64,000 nucleotides of DNA from Dictyostelium discoideum (taxonomy: Eukaryota). Both the position numbers and the translations under genes were made by a program. Below are positions 1 through 12,547 of this stretch, piece by piece. Location of the stretch: contig CM000154.2 of the NCBI GenBank assembly GCA_000004695.1, positions 1,696,001-1,760,000 of the forward strand. The letters are read 5' to 3'. Position 1 is the first letter of the stretch. Each line of letters starts with the position of its first letter. The notes beneath the pieces were generated by a model that saw only the letters and a list, made by a program, of their open reading frames with translations, ran no database searches and was not told where the DNA came from.

Positions 1-1039
1 CTTTTTATTCTCTTCCCATTTCTCTTCTTTGGTTGCTAATAATTGTTGGAAAATATTCTTAAAAACAAATTCCAATTGTGCTGTATTCAATAGTAGGTAT
101 AGTACATCCTCTTGTGAACCACCCATCAATACTAAATCCTTAAATTTCTTTTGACTTGCATTACTATGTAACATAACCCAACGAATTGTAACATTACAAC
201 GACGTAATGTAGTAATGATCTTATGAACATTATCAACAATATACTCTTCAACCAATAATCCATCAACTAATAAATCATCGACCAACTTATTCAATTCACT
301 AACTTCTTTCCAAAATCTTTGTGTTTGATATTGTATATTCGATTGTATAATAGTATTACCCATTGCTGTCTTTGCTGCTTTATATGGTTCCCATGCAACT
401 GATAAATCAATTGTAAATCCTAAAAAAAATGATATAACCCAATTATCTGGGAAAAATTTATCAACAATTTCTCTCATTATTGACTTTTTTTTTTATTAAA
501 ACAAAAAATTAATTTTAATTATTAATTATCAATTATCAATCATTATTATTAAAATAAATGTATATATACTTACATTTTTATTATTTAAAATATCAGGAAT
601 GAAATATAATATAACATAAATCATACATGCTTGAGTTGATAATGCAACAGATCTATGTTCAGGTTGTGGGAAAGATTCAGTACCATTATAGAGATCATCA
701 GAACGTAAACGACCAACAATCATTGAAATTACATTCTCTGGTAATTCAACACGTCTAAAATATTCCTCTGGATAATTTGGTGGTTTCTTTGGTGAACCTG
801 GTATATAACCTGTACTCTTACAAAGTTTACATACTTCATCAATTAATGGTAAATCAACAGGTCCTTTGTTTCTAAGGTATGAAATTAACATTCTCTCTCT
901 AACTGGTCCTTCAATTAAATTATCCATTAAAATTAACATTACACCATATAAATAAACTGCTTCTGATAATAATTGTTTACCATCACCATTTATTAAAATT
1001 GCCTATAATAATAAAATATAGATATACATATTATTGTTA

Positions 1040-1102
<63 letters not shown>

Positions 1103-1605
1103 GTTGTTTAATTGGTTATTATCTATAATAAACTTACCTCAATTGTTAAATGAATATAAAAACCTTTTTCAACATCAACAATATAATGCTCTAAATCCAT
1201 AATATATTTATAAATACTTTCAAATAAATGATAAAATCTAATTAAAATATCAATATGATTATCTCTAAATTCTGTTTCCAAATCAACTAAATCCTAAATT
1301 ATAATTATAATAATGATAATATTATAAATATGATTAGAATTATTATTTTCTCTTTTTTTTTTTAAAAGAAAACTTACAGCATTTTCTTCAATTTTAGATT
1401 CATAAAAATCTGGATTTGAAAGATATTTAAAATCTAATAAAATGTCTTGATATTTTCTAGCTTCATTTCTATCTTCTAATTTGAAAACACTTGGAATATG
1501 TGCACTTAAACGAAGTAATTCAGCAATGATCGCATTACCACGAGATACTAATCTAAGTAGATTTTGACCTGCTTGACTACCTTCCCCTAAAAATTCTTTT
1601 ACCAT
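1..1605 (-). CDS. Strumpellin (WASH complex subunit 5) homolog, N-terminal part; gene runs off the window at position 1
   Basis: The minus-strand translation starts [34 protein letters not shown]. Later exons give [58 protein letters not shown] and [20 protein letters not shown], all of which align with conserved blocks I recall from human strumpellin. Inferred exons (minus strand) are 1382..1605, ~1137..1294, ~577..1002 and 1..~476. Introns use GTAAGT donors, and one contains an (ATT)n tract. Confidence 0.85.
1041..1106. repeat. (ATT)n microsatellite inside a strumpellin intron
   Basis: There are about 20 perfect TTA/ATT units at 1041-1103, followed by two TTG units. Confidence 0.9.
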
Positions 1606-2544
1606 TTTTTTAAGATCCTTATTTCTTTTTCTTTTTTTTTTTTTTTTTTTTTTTTTTTTGTCGATTAAAAATAAATAAAAATAGTAAAAATTAAAAAATA
1701 AAAAAAAATAAAAATAAAAAAAATAAAATAAAAATTAAAATATAAATAAAAAAAAAAAAAAAAGATTTTTTTAGTTAAACAGTGAAAATTTTTTATAAAA
1801 AAAAAAAAAAATAAAAAAAATAAAAAAAAAAAACAAAAAAATAAAAAAAAAAAAAAAATATTTTGTGGAAAAATAGGATGATGTTTCTCAATTTTAGCTT
1901 AATATTTAAACACTACCCTTTTTAAAATGATATTCTTTGATTTAATACATGGAAATTTTTATTTTTTTATTTTTTTTTTTTTTTGGTTACATGTTTATTT
2001 AGTCAAATTTTTTCATTTTATTATCAAAATCATTTTTTTTTTAAATTGTCAAAAACACACCACATCAAAATGACTTTTTTTTTTTTTCCAATCATGCCCA
2101 TTTTTTTTTTTTTTTTAGTCAATCGCGGCCATTTTATTCCGGACATGGTTTTAATTTTTTTTTTCCAATGTCTCCCGTTTAAATTGAAACATATGAGTTT
2201 TTTTTTTAATTTTTTTTTTTTTCTTAAAAAACTTGAAAACATTTCTTTATTTTTTCACGTTCCTTTTTTTTTTTCAACATTTCACCCACCAGATGTCAAT
2301 TTGGTGCCAAGATATTTTTTTTTTCTTGAAAAACAAAGTGTGTGAAAGCTACACCATCTGATTTCAATTAAAACACACACCAATTCTGTTTTTTTTATTT
2401 TAATTTTTTTTTTTTTTTGCAATATTTTTTATTTATATATTTTCTTTTAATTTTTTAATTTTTTTATTTTTTTATTTTTTTTTTTAATATTAAATCATTA
2501 TTATTTTAAACCAAACCACACAAAAGAAATTGAAAAATAAAAAA

Positions 2545-3904
2545 ATGAAATTTATATTTTCTATTATTACTTTATTTTCAATAATTTCATATGCTAATTT
2601 AGTTTTAGCATCAACCCAAGATTTTTCATCTTTTATTACCAATGTCAGTAAAACATTTAATTTTTTTTTTTCTTTTTTTTTTTCCAAATTTTGATATTAT
2701 TATTATTATTATTATTTTTATTATTTATTATTTAAAAAATATTATATAAACTTATTTAAAAAAAAAAAAAAATAAAATAATAGTTGGAAAATTTTATAAA
2801 TGATAAAACAAAGAGTGTAAATTTAAATGATATTGGTATTCATATGACACCAGAATATTTAAATTTTCAAATTAATCAAACTTATCAAACATCATCGGAT
2901 CTTTTACTTAGAGAGAAATTTTCAAAACTTGTAAATACAATTCCACCATGGTCATCAAAGGATAGTTTTATTATTAATGATGGTAGTGAGCCATTTATGT
3001 TTGAAGAATATTCAGATATAATTAATAATGCTGAATATAATAATGATAAAACTACATTCAAATTTTCATTAGTAAAAGGTCAATTATTAAATTATTTTAG
3101 ATATTCCAGTATTTCCGGTGAACCAGGTTACTACATTACAACATTGAACAAACCAACTGAAAATTATGATACTACAAACGATAATATTAATGATTTATTT
3201 ACAATTCATCAATCGTATGATTTCCAAAATTGGGATTTCAATATTGGTGCTGGTAAAACAGTGGTTCCAGTGACTGATCAATTTAAAATTGAATTTAATT
3301 TATTAAAAGTTGATATCAACAGACTTTCATGGTTTGCTCCATCTTTATTTACTGATAAAACTTGGCAATATGTTAATCCAGGTTATGTTAGCAATGGTAA
3401 TGGAAATGGTATCATACCAAAATTCATTACATCTTTAATTTTAATTAAAGATCTCACTATTACTCTCCAACAAAGTAATCAAAATACTGACATACTTAAA
3501 CAAATTAATGATGAATATTATTCAACTTCAGGTAATTCAATTAGTGTATGTATTTTTTTTTTTTTTTTTTTTAAAAGTTAATTTCATACTAATTTTTATT
3601 TTTATTTTTATTTTTTTATTTTAATAAAAAGTTTGGCCCATTATTAGTAAAAGAAAATGATAAAGTTAGCAATGATGTTGAATTTGTTGGTAATTCAATT
3701 ACAATTCCAGAAATTCAAATGATTGCAGTCGTTAGTGATAACGTTCCATTCTCACCAATAGATATTGTCACATCAACTCCACAACCAACAAATCAAAATC
3801 AAAATCAAAATCAAACACAATCACCTTCAAATTCAAATATTTTAAATCCATCATTATTAATTATTTCTTTGATTTTAATTTCTCTCTCTCTTTTTTTAAA
3901 ATAA
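2545..3904 (+). CDS. Hypothetical secreted protein, predicted GPI-anchored (N-terminal signal peptide plus C-terminal hydrophobic tail)
   Basis: An ATG at 2545 encodes MKFIFSIITLFSIISYANLVLASTQDF, which is signal-peptide-like. A 265-aa ORF at 2784..3545 ends at a GTATGT donor at 3546. The last exon, 3632..3904 (acceptor AG at 3630-3631), ends ...NILNPSLLIISLILISLSLFLK*, which is a hydrophobic C-terminus typical of a GPI signal. Asn-rich N-glycosylation sequons are present. The exon 1/exon 2 junction (~2647 / 2784) could not be resolved in frame with a canonical donor. Confidence 0.55.
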
Positions 3905-4401
3905 ACAATTAAAAAAAAAAAAAAAAAAAAAAAAATCTCACGACTTAAAATGATGTCAACACTGCTTGTTCAAGATTTTTGAGAAAAAATTATAAAAAAA
4001 TAATCCAAATTAAAAATAAAATAAAAAAATAAAAAAAAAATAAAATTTAATTTTTGAAAGTGTGTGTGCGCTAGTGGTGGAAATTTTTTTTTTTTTTTTT
4101 TATTTTTTTTTTTCATCTCTCTTTACATACACTCCACTATTATTATTATTACTGTTTATAGCAATATAAAACTTTTTGTTTTTTAATTTTGTTTTTGTGT
4201 TTTTATATTTTTGTTTTGTTTTTTTTTTTTTTTTTTTTGTTTTGTTTTTTTTAGTTTAAATTTCTCAAATCAAAAAATTAAATATTTAATAAATAAATAA
4301 ATAAATTAATAAATAAATAATAAGTAATTTTGTATAAAAAAAAAAAAATTTCAAAAGGAAAAACTGTTTGTATTTACAACAACAACAATAGCAATTTAAT
4401 C

Positions 4402-5204
4402 ATGCAAAATCCAAGAGCATTAGCAAATATTAGTAATCAAGCACCTTCTTTGCAAAAACAACAAAAGAAGGCTGTTTTATCTCAACCAACACCAACAAAT
4501 ATTAACATTGTTAATTCAGCACCAAGATCTTTTTCAGTTTATACTCAAGAAACTGAACTTGAAAATGCCTATAAAAAAATAAAAGAACTTGAAGAGCAAA
4601 ATAAATTAAAAGATCAAATTATTAAAGACCAAGAACTAACTTTACTATTGTTAACAAATTCAAATGATTATAGTGACAAGTTAACAATTAAACAAACCAA
4701 TAATCGTCTTAGAAAAATTCAACAACAAAATATTGAAATTGAAAGTCTAAAAGAAAAACGTGAAGAAGACCTTTATAACAATGAAAAATCTGATATTCTC
4801 GATAAAAAATTAACTCAACATAGAATTAGATCAATTCAAAAGTTAAAAGCTGAAAATGTAACTATTTTTTATTTTATTTATATATATAAATTAATATTAT
4901 TATTATTATCTCTTTTATTAATTATTTTATTTTATTTTATTTTATTTTATTTTATTTTATTTTTATTTATTTATAGCAAGAACTTCGTCAATTGAATAGC
5001 AATAATTCAAAAGTAGTTAATGTTAATATTGTTAATGAGGAGCAACTTAATCAATCATTACAAACAATCACTGTTTCATCACAACCACAACCACAACTAC
5101 AACTACAATCACCAACACAAGTTGAACAATCAAAAAGACCAATTTATCAATATGATTTGGATTTCGATTATGGTATGGATAATCAACACGTAGGTGAATG
5201 TTGA
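4402..5204 (+). CDS. Hypothetical coiled-coil protein (2 exons)
   Basis: An ATG at 4402 gives MQNPRALANISNQ... Exon 1 is 4402..4857 with a GTAACT donor at 4858. A 119-bp AT-rich intron carries (ATTTT)n. The acceptor AG is at 4975-4976, and exon 2 is 4977..5204, in frame (…KLKAEN|QELRQLNSNNSKV…). Heptad-like charged repeats are present (ELENAYKKIKELEEQNKLKDQIIKDQEL). Confidence 0.5.
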
Positions 5205-6263
5205 AATTGGTAAAATAAATTTGAAAAATCAAATTTAATGTAAAACTGCATCTAATTTAAAAAATTAATAAAAGGAATAAAATAATAAAAATAAAAATAA
5301 AAATCCAACTTTTAGTTCAATCAATCAAATCAATTGTATTACTGGTTTGTTATTTTTTTATTATTATTATTATGGTTTAGTCACTCAAATTTCTCTTATT
5401 TTATTTTACTTTATTTTAATTTTATTTTTTTAATTAATTTTGAAAAAGAAAACTTCAATAATTCAACCGTCTGTTTGGTAATAATATTTGAAGAAATTGA
5501 GAAAAAAAAAAAAAAAAAAAAAAAAATTTGGCGCCATTTTTTTTTTTTTTTCTTAATTTTTTACAAATATTCATCCCCAAATTAAAATCTCAAATGGGAA
5601 ATGAAAATTTTATGAAATATATTTATTGGTTTTCCAAAGATATTTGAAATTGTAAATAAATAAAAAAAATAAAATAATCAATGATTAATAAAATAAAAAA
5701 TAAAAAATAAAATGAAAAGGTGGATTACCATATTAACTCTAAAATAAACTTTTTTCTTAAGGTTATCTTGAAATAAATAATAATTTTTTTAAAAAAAAAA
5801 AAAAGATTAATTTAATATCGAAATAGTTTTATATTTTTTTTTTATTTAAATTTGGAAAAAGTTTATCACTATAAAAAAAATTCCATTCACTTTTTTTTTT
5901 TTTTTTTTTTTTTTTTTTGCCCAATTTATTATTATTTTTATTATTATCAGATCTTAAAATGTAAAAAGAAAAAAAATTCAAAATAAAAATATTTCCTTTG
6001 TTGTATGGGGTAAATAGATCTGATAAATAAAATGAGCATAAAACTTATATATAATAATAATAATAATAATATTAATAATAATAATAATAATAATAAAAAT
6101 AATAATAAAAATAATAATTAATAAAGATATTAATCTCAAAAAATTTGTATGATGAAAAAAATCAAGAAATCAATTGCATACACACAAAAAAATTATTTTC
6201 ATTCAAAACAAAAGATTTTTTAAAAGAAAAACTTTACGATAAAATGTTGGGAAAAACCAAAAA

Positions 6264-6310
<47 letters not shown>

Positions 6311-7634
6311 CCAATGGTTTGTTTTTTTTTTTTAGATTTTTTAATTTTTTTTAATTTTGTCAAAAAAACCATTATATTTAAGTGGTAAGTTTATAAAAAT
6401 ATATTATCCCAATAAAATCCATAATATTGATTCATATATTATTTTTAAATAAATATAAAAAAAAAAAAAAAAAAGAATAATAATTTTATTATTTAATTTA
6501 TTTATTTTTTTATACTTTTTTTATTATTATTTAAATTAAAACCACCTTTTTTAAAGAAATGGCTAAACATTTGTAACTATACATTTATTGGCAACCTTTT
6601 GATTATTTTAAAAAAAAAATAAAATGAATATTCTAATATTCTGATGAGAATCCCAAAGTAGAAGTTCTTGTTATACTTTGAAAATAAAAATTGGTAAAAT
6701 TTGTTATGATTAATCAAATTAACTTCTTAGTTTAAAAAATAATTTTAATTGTGAGAGTATTTAATTATCTGTCAATGAAATATCTGGAAATTTTTATATT
6801 TAATTTTTTTTTAAAAAATTTTTTTTGAGGGATCATTAATAATAATAATAATAATAGTGATTTTTTAAAAAAAATAGTTAATCTTAGTAAACAAAGTCGT
6901 TCTTATAATATCAAATTTCTGCCAGATATTTTTTTTTTTTTTTTTAAGATATTTTTTATCTTTTTTATTTTCACTTTTTTTTTTTTAAATTTTTTTTTTT
7001 ATTTTTATTTTTTTATATAATCTGAAAAGGATTCTCGCAAGATTAAAATAATTATTATAATTACTTTGAAAAAAAAAAAAAAAGAAAAAAAAAAAAAAAA
7101 TACTCTAACCCATAGTAGTTAATAGATTTATTTAAATCTATGCAAATTTATTGATTGTTTTTTTTTGAAATAATAATTAAAAAAAGAGGAAACGGAAAAA
7201 AAAAAAAAGAATGTAAAAATGTTTTAAAAAAAATTGAAAAAAAGATTTATTGTTTAATTAAATAATTAAGAAAAAAAAATTTATTTATTCATAAATTATT
7301 TGAATTATTTGAGTTGCAAATTTGATTAAATTGAAATAAATTTATAAATTTATAAATATGATTAAATTGAAAGATCTGTTCTTGTGATTGGTTGAATGTG
7401 ATCCTTTTTAACGGAGTTGGCATATATTAATAAATTAAAAATCTTTTTATTTATGAATCTAATATTATTTTTTTTAATTTTTTTTTTTTTTTAATTTTTT
7501 TTTTTTTTTTTTAAATAATTTTCCTTTTCATTTGGTGTGTGAACGAAGATGTTTGTTATAGTGGCATACTTGTATGAGTGGGTGGGCATGATATTCATTC
7601 ACCTAAAATTGAGCGAACATTATTTTTTTTTTAA

Positions 7635-7640
<6 letters not shown>

Positions 7641-7686
<46 letters not shown>
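7641..7686. repeat. poly(T) homopolymer (~46 nt) in the gene desert
   Basis: Uninterrupted T run; a further T20 lies immediately downstream. Confidence 0.9.
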
Positions 7687-7701
7687 CACAAATTGCGAGA
7701 A

Positions 7702-7732
<31 letters not shown>

Positions 7733-8282
7733 TTTTTTGAATCATTTGTTTGTGTGTGTTGTTCAAAAATAAAAACAATAAATATAAAAAAAAGTAGGTA
7801 TGGTATTATTAAAATAACTTTTTTTTTTTTTTTTTTTTCTCTTTCTCCCAAACTATTTTTGTTCTGTTTATTTTTATTTTTTTTATTATATTTTATTTTT
7901 TTTTATGTATCATCATTACCACATTCGTTCACTCGTTTTTTTTTTGTAATGGTTTTAATTTTTTCGCGCTTCTTTTTTTTTTTCCTTTTTTGTTTTTTTT
8001 TTTGTTTTACTCTTTATATATTTTAATAAATGTGGTATTTTGGGATGAATAGAATATTTTATTCAATTAAACTTTAGAAAGTCTTTCGTTTTTTTTTTTC
8101 TAAAATTTTTTATTTTTTATTTTTTTGTTTTTCATAAAAATTATTCCCAAGCTATTTTAAAAAAAAAAAATAACCTATAATCACCCAATAAAAATAATAA
8201 TAATAATTAATAAAAAAAAACAAAATAATAATAATAATAAAATAACCAATTATTATTATTTATTTTTTATTTTTTTTTATAT

Positions 8283-8314
<32 letters not shown>

Positions 8315-9492
8315 CAATTCAATACGATTTGACTTTGCAATTTATTGGAATTGACTTTTTTTACATTAAAAAAATTATAATAATAAAATTAAAATATTAT
8401 GGTGGTTGTGTTGACTGGTGGATACTTCATTGTAGTAAAAAAAAAAAAAAAAAATTAATTCAAAGGATCACAAACAAAATTAATATTTTTTTTTTATCAT
8501 AATTAATTTCCATAAGCTTACCAGTAATATTGGTGTGTTTTTGTTCCATAAAATTAAAATAAAAAAAAAAAAAAAAACTTGTAGCATTATTTTTTAGTAT
8601 ATTGTGGGATGTGTGCTTTGATCAGTTCAATTTAATCAAAATCATATAATATTGTATAGTGTAGTGTAGTTTTTTTTTTTTTTTAAATTTAATTTAATTT
8701 TTCCCACTGCGTTGTTTCTTTTTTTTTTTTTTTTTATTTTTTTAATTATAATAATTAAAAAATTTTTTTTTTTTTTTTGGTGTGCTTTTTTTTTTCTTTT
8801 TTTTTTTTTTATAATAATAATAATAATAATAGTAATATTATATTTATATATATTTTTATAATTATAAACCAATACTAATAAATAATAAATCCAGTTTTAG
8901 ATAACTATAATAAATTATTTTTATTTTTTTAATTTTTTCCAGGTTTCAAAATATTTTTTTTCAGGAAAATAAAAAAACAAACTTAATTGGTTGGAATTTT
9001 TTTTTTTTCCAAAAATCTAATAACTCAAACAGTTTAATATTATTTTTATTTTTTTTTTTTTTCTAGAGAGGTAATTATATTATGGATCTATTTATTGCTA
9101 TTATTAACTTCACACTACACTATTCAAGATTTAAATAAAAAAAAAAAAAAAAAAATTTAAAAAAAAATTAAATTAAATTAATTAAAAGTGTGGTGTGATT
9201 GTTTTTGTTTTTGTATTATTTATTTTTTTATTTTTTTTTTTTATCCAAAAAATAATAAATTAAGTGTTACCATGTCATATAAACCCAATAACCACTCAAT
9301 TTTTCACTTTACAAATTTACAATAAATTAATTTACTTAGTTTCCTCTTTATCACTACTCCAAATTATTATTTTATATAAAATAATATTCACACCCCCCAC
9401 TCAAAAACACACATAAAATTATTTATATCACATAAATTTGTTATAAATACAATAACTCAACCATAATAATTTTAATACCCATTGCTTTTTAA

Positions 9493-9496
<4 letters not shown>

Positions 9497-9529
<33 letters not shown>

Positions 9530-9553
9530 TATTATTATTATTATTATTATTAC

Positions 9554-9616
<63 letters not shown>
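9497..9616. repeat. (ATT)n microsatellite (~40 units, two ACT interruptions)
   Basis: tattattatt... run from 9497 to 9616, followed by T-rich low complexity. Confidence 0.9.
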
Positions 9617-9617
<1 letters not shown>

Positions 9618-10212
9618 TTTCTTTTTTTTTTTTTTTTTATTTTTATTTTTTCTTTTTTTATTTTCCAATATTTTTTCACCTTTTTTTTTTTTTTTTTTTT
9701 TTTTTTCCTCATTATTTTTTTTTTTTCCAAAAACCAACATGTTCCAATTTTGATCATTAATAAATATTCATAAAAAAAAAAAAAAAATATATTATTTCTA
9801 ACGACCAAATTTCATTTATTTATTTATTATAGATGCCCTTTTAATCAATTAAAAATAATATAAAAAAAATTAATTTTTGTTTGTGTCCTTTGTTCCTTTG
9901 TTCCTTTGTTCGTAAATTTGTGTTTAGTAATTGTGTTTTGCTTGTGTTTGTGTTTTTTTTTTGTTGTCTTTGTAATTTTTAATTGTCATATTAGTAGCCA
10001 AAAATAAAATAAAATAAAAAAAAAAAAAAAAAATAAAAAAAACAGAATAAGTCCAAAAAAAAAAAAAAAAAAAAAAAAAAGTATAAGTCCTAAAAAAAAA
10101 AAAAAAAAAAAAAAACAAAAACCTTGTGTAAAGCTTTTTGTCATTATTTGCGTGTGTAACTTTCTATTTTTGCAATAAATTTTAAAAAAACAAATACATA
10201 TCTTTTTATAAA

Positions 10213-10385
10213 ATGTCTGCTGCCGTTGTTAAGCCATTCAAAATTTTTAATGATTTTGAAAATAAAGAAAACATAGATCCTTTGACTGGAATATGTTCAA
10301 ATACAAAGCCAAACATTTTCACATCAAAAAAAAGAGTTCCACTCAGAGATATAACTCCTGTTACAACTGTAAGATATTAATAGAA

Positions 10386-10421
<36 letters not shown>

Positions 10422-10703
10422 TATTCAATTTTTTTTTTATACTAATTTTATTTTATTTTTTCTCCAAATATATTTTTTTTTTTAATATAGAAATATCCAA
10501 CGTCACCAAAAAAATCAAGACAAGTCGCTGTTGATTTAGCTTCTAATTATATCCCACCTGTTTTCAATTTGCAAATTTCATCCAACGTTCCAGCAACTAA
10601 AAAACCAATCAATAATGGTTTCAATTTTATTAATGGAAACTCAAATGGTAGTTTCAGTATCTATCATGATGTTCCAACTTCATCTGTTAAAACAATTAGA
10701 TAA
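10213..10703 (+). CDS. Small hypothetical protein (122 aa, 2 exons) with KEN box, RxxL destruction box and a TSPKK CDK site; securin-like APC/C-substrate signature
   Basis: Exon 1, 10213..10368 (52 codons): MSAAVVKPFKIFNDFENKENIDPLTGICSNTKPNIFTSKKRVPLRDITPVTT, with a GTAAGA donor at 10369. Exon 2, 10491..10703 (acceptor tatAG at 10489-10490): KYPTSPKKSRQVAVDLASNY...VKTIR*. It was missed by the ORF track because each exon is under 60 aa. The phases are consistent (156 + 213 nt). Confidence 0.45.
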
Positions 10704-10895
10704 TTAAAAAAAAAAAAAAAAAACCAAAAAAAAAACCCCCGCAAAAAAAAAAAAAAAAAAAAGGAAAAAAAAAAAAAGGAAAAAAACAATTATTAATTGG
10801 GTTTTATAATAAAACCTTATAAAAAAAAAAATAACAACAATAATTAATAATAATATATCAATATTGACCTTTTTTTATGAAGAAAAAACAAAAAA

Positions 10896-10929
<34 letters not shown>

Positions 10930-12037
10930 AAAAAATATTTTAAAATAGAACTTAATTTTTAAAATAAATTTCTTCATTTTTTTTTCCCTTTTTTTTTCCT
11001 TAAATTGATTTCTACTATTTTTTTTTCTTTGACTTTTTATTAAATTAAAATAAAAAAACACTAAATATTTTCTAATTTTTTTTATTGATAACTAATTTTC
11101 CAATTTTTAATTTTCTGAAACTTTTTTTTCCAAGTAAAATTTTATAAATCTTATAGTTTTTTTTAAAAAAAAGATAAATAATTTAATTCTTTATTTTTTT
11201 ATTTTATTTTTTCATTTTTTTTATTAATTTTTTAATTGTTAGGATTATTTTATTTGTTTTATTTTTTTATTCTTATTTTTTTCAAAATTATTAAAAAAAA
11301 TTAAAAAAATATAACAATCAAATAATTTTTTTTGGTTTTTTTTTTCAAAATATTTAATATAAAATATTTTCCCTCTGGTGGTTCTTCAAAATATAAAAAA
11401 AAAGAATACAACCTTTTCTATTTTAGAATTTTTTTTTTTTTTTTTTTTTTTTCGTTCGATTTTATTTTTTTAGAATTTAATTATTTAAAATTCATTTTTT
11501 GTAATTGTTTTATTTTAAAGAAAAACGAATAGGGATAAATTTAATATAAAAAATAGATTTTTAAAAAAAAAAAAAATTGATTTGTTATTTTTTTATTTTT
11601 TAATTAAATAAGTTTTATAAATTTATTATTTTTATTTTATCGTTTTTTTTAAAAAAAGATAAATTAGAGGGCAGATTTAAAAATTTAATTTGTTATTACA
11701 TTTTTTACTTTAACTAACATTTTAATTTGAAAACATGAGACAAATCCACCAGCGCCGCATAAAATTACTTTTCACCACTTTGGTTCTGATTTTTAAATCC
11801 AACCTCCCTTAGTTTTGTTTTTTTTTTTGTTGGATTGCGGGTGTATTTTTTTTTTAATCTTATTTTTTTATTTTCTATGAGATTTTTGGGAGTTTATTTT
11901 TTTATTTTTTCTGTATTTAGAAATTATTTATTTAATATATTAGTGAATATAAAAAGAAAAAAAAATTAATAAAAAAAAAAGAAAAAAAAATAAAAAAAAA
12001 AAAAAGAAAAAAAAAAAATTAAAAAAATAATAATAAA

Positions 12038-12547
12038 ATGAAATTAATTTTATAGTTTGCTTATTATTAATATTCAATTATTTTATTGGCATTAGTTTTG
12101 GAAATATACAATTAAATTCAAACCAACAACAACAACAAAAACAACAAATTATAAACCCACAAGATCATATGGAATGTGAAATATGTTTTTACATGGTAAG
12201 ATTATTAAAAGATTTATTAGCAGAACAAAGAACAGGAGATGAAATCATCAAAAAATTAAAAATTTATTGTGGTTTCCTTCCAGAAGATGATGATCAAGTT
12301 GTATGTAAACCAATATCCTTTTTTCCACTGTTTTTTTTTTTTTCTCAACTATTTATTTTTTCTTACAATTTTTTATTTTTCATTTTTTATTTTTTTTAAA
12401 TAGTGCAAACAAATCATTACCAATAATGGTACTAAATTAATAGAAACTGAACGAAATTCATTAGGTTGACCTTCTGATCTTCGATCAAAAACTTGTAGTA
12501 TCGTGGATTTTTGTGTAACAACACCACCAATAACTTATAAATTCTAA
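12038..12547 (+). pseudogene. Saposin-like (SAPLIP / amoebapore-like) secreted protein gene with two disruptions (frameshift in the signal peptide, in-frame TGA); pseudogene or sequence errors
   Basis: An ATG at 12038 gives MKLIL and then a stop. One added T in the TTTT run restores MKLIFIVCLLLIFNYFIGISFG (signal peptide) followed by ...QDHMECEICFYMVRLLKDLLAEQRTGDEIIKKLKIYCGFLPEDDDQV. There is a GTATGT donor at 12301. The acceptor AG is at 12402-12403, and exon 2 is 12404..12547: CKQIITNNGTKLIETERNSLG-TGA-PSDLRSKTCSIVDFCVTTPPITYKF*. The six-Cys spacing (C-x2-C ... C-x9-C ... C-x5-C) matches the saposin B fold. The in-frame TGA is at 12467-12469. Confidence 0.5.

Noticed and set aside
1983-2345. 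Plus-strand ORF of 120 aa, and the overlapping minus-strand ORF 2030..2242
   Set aside because: Translation is dominated by poly-F/K from T- and A-homopolymers. It lies in a divergent promoter region, and there is no start-codon context or domain signal.
9428-9808. Three overlapping ORFs (poly-I, poly-Y, poly-N) over the (ATT)40 tract
   Set aside because: They are pure translations of a trinucleotide microsatellite in three frames, not coding.
11740-11850. GC-richer patch (ccaccagcgccgcataaaatt...ggttctgatttttaaatccaacctccc), checked as a possible tRNA or small RNA
   Set aside because: No cloverleaf can be drawn. The T-arm-like GGTTC...ATCC is interrupted by an A/T insertion, and there are no A/B box spacing or acceptor-stem complementarity.
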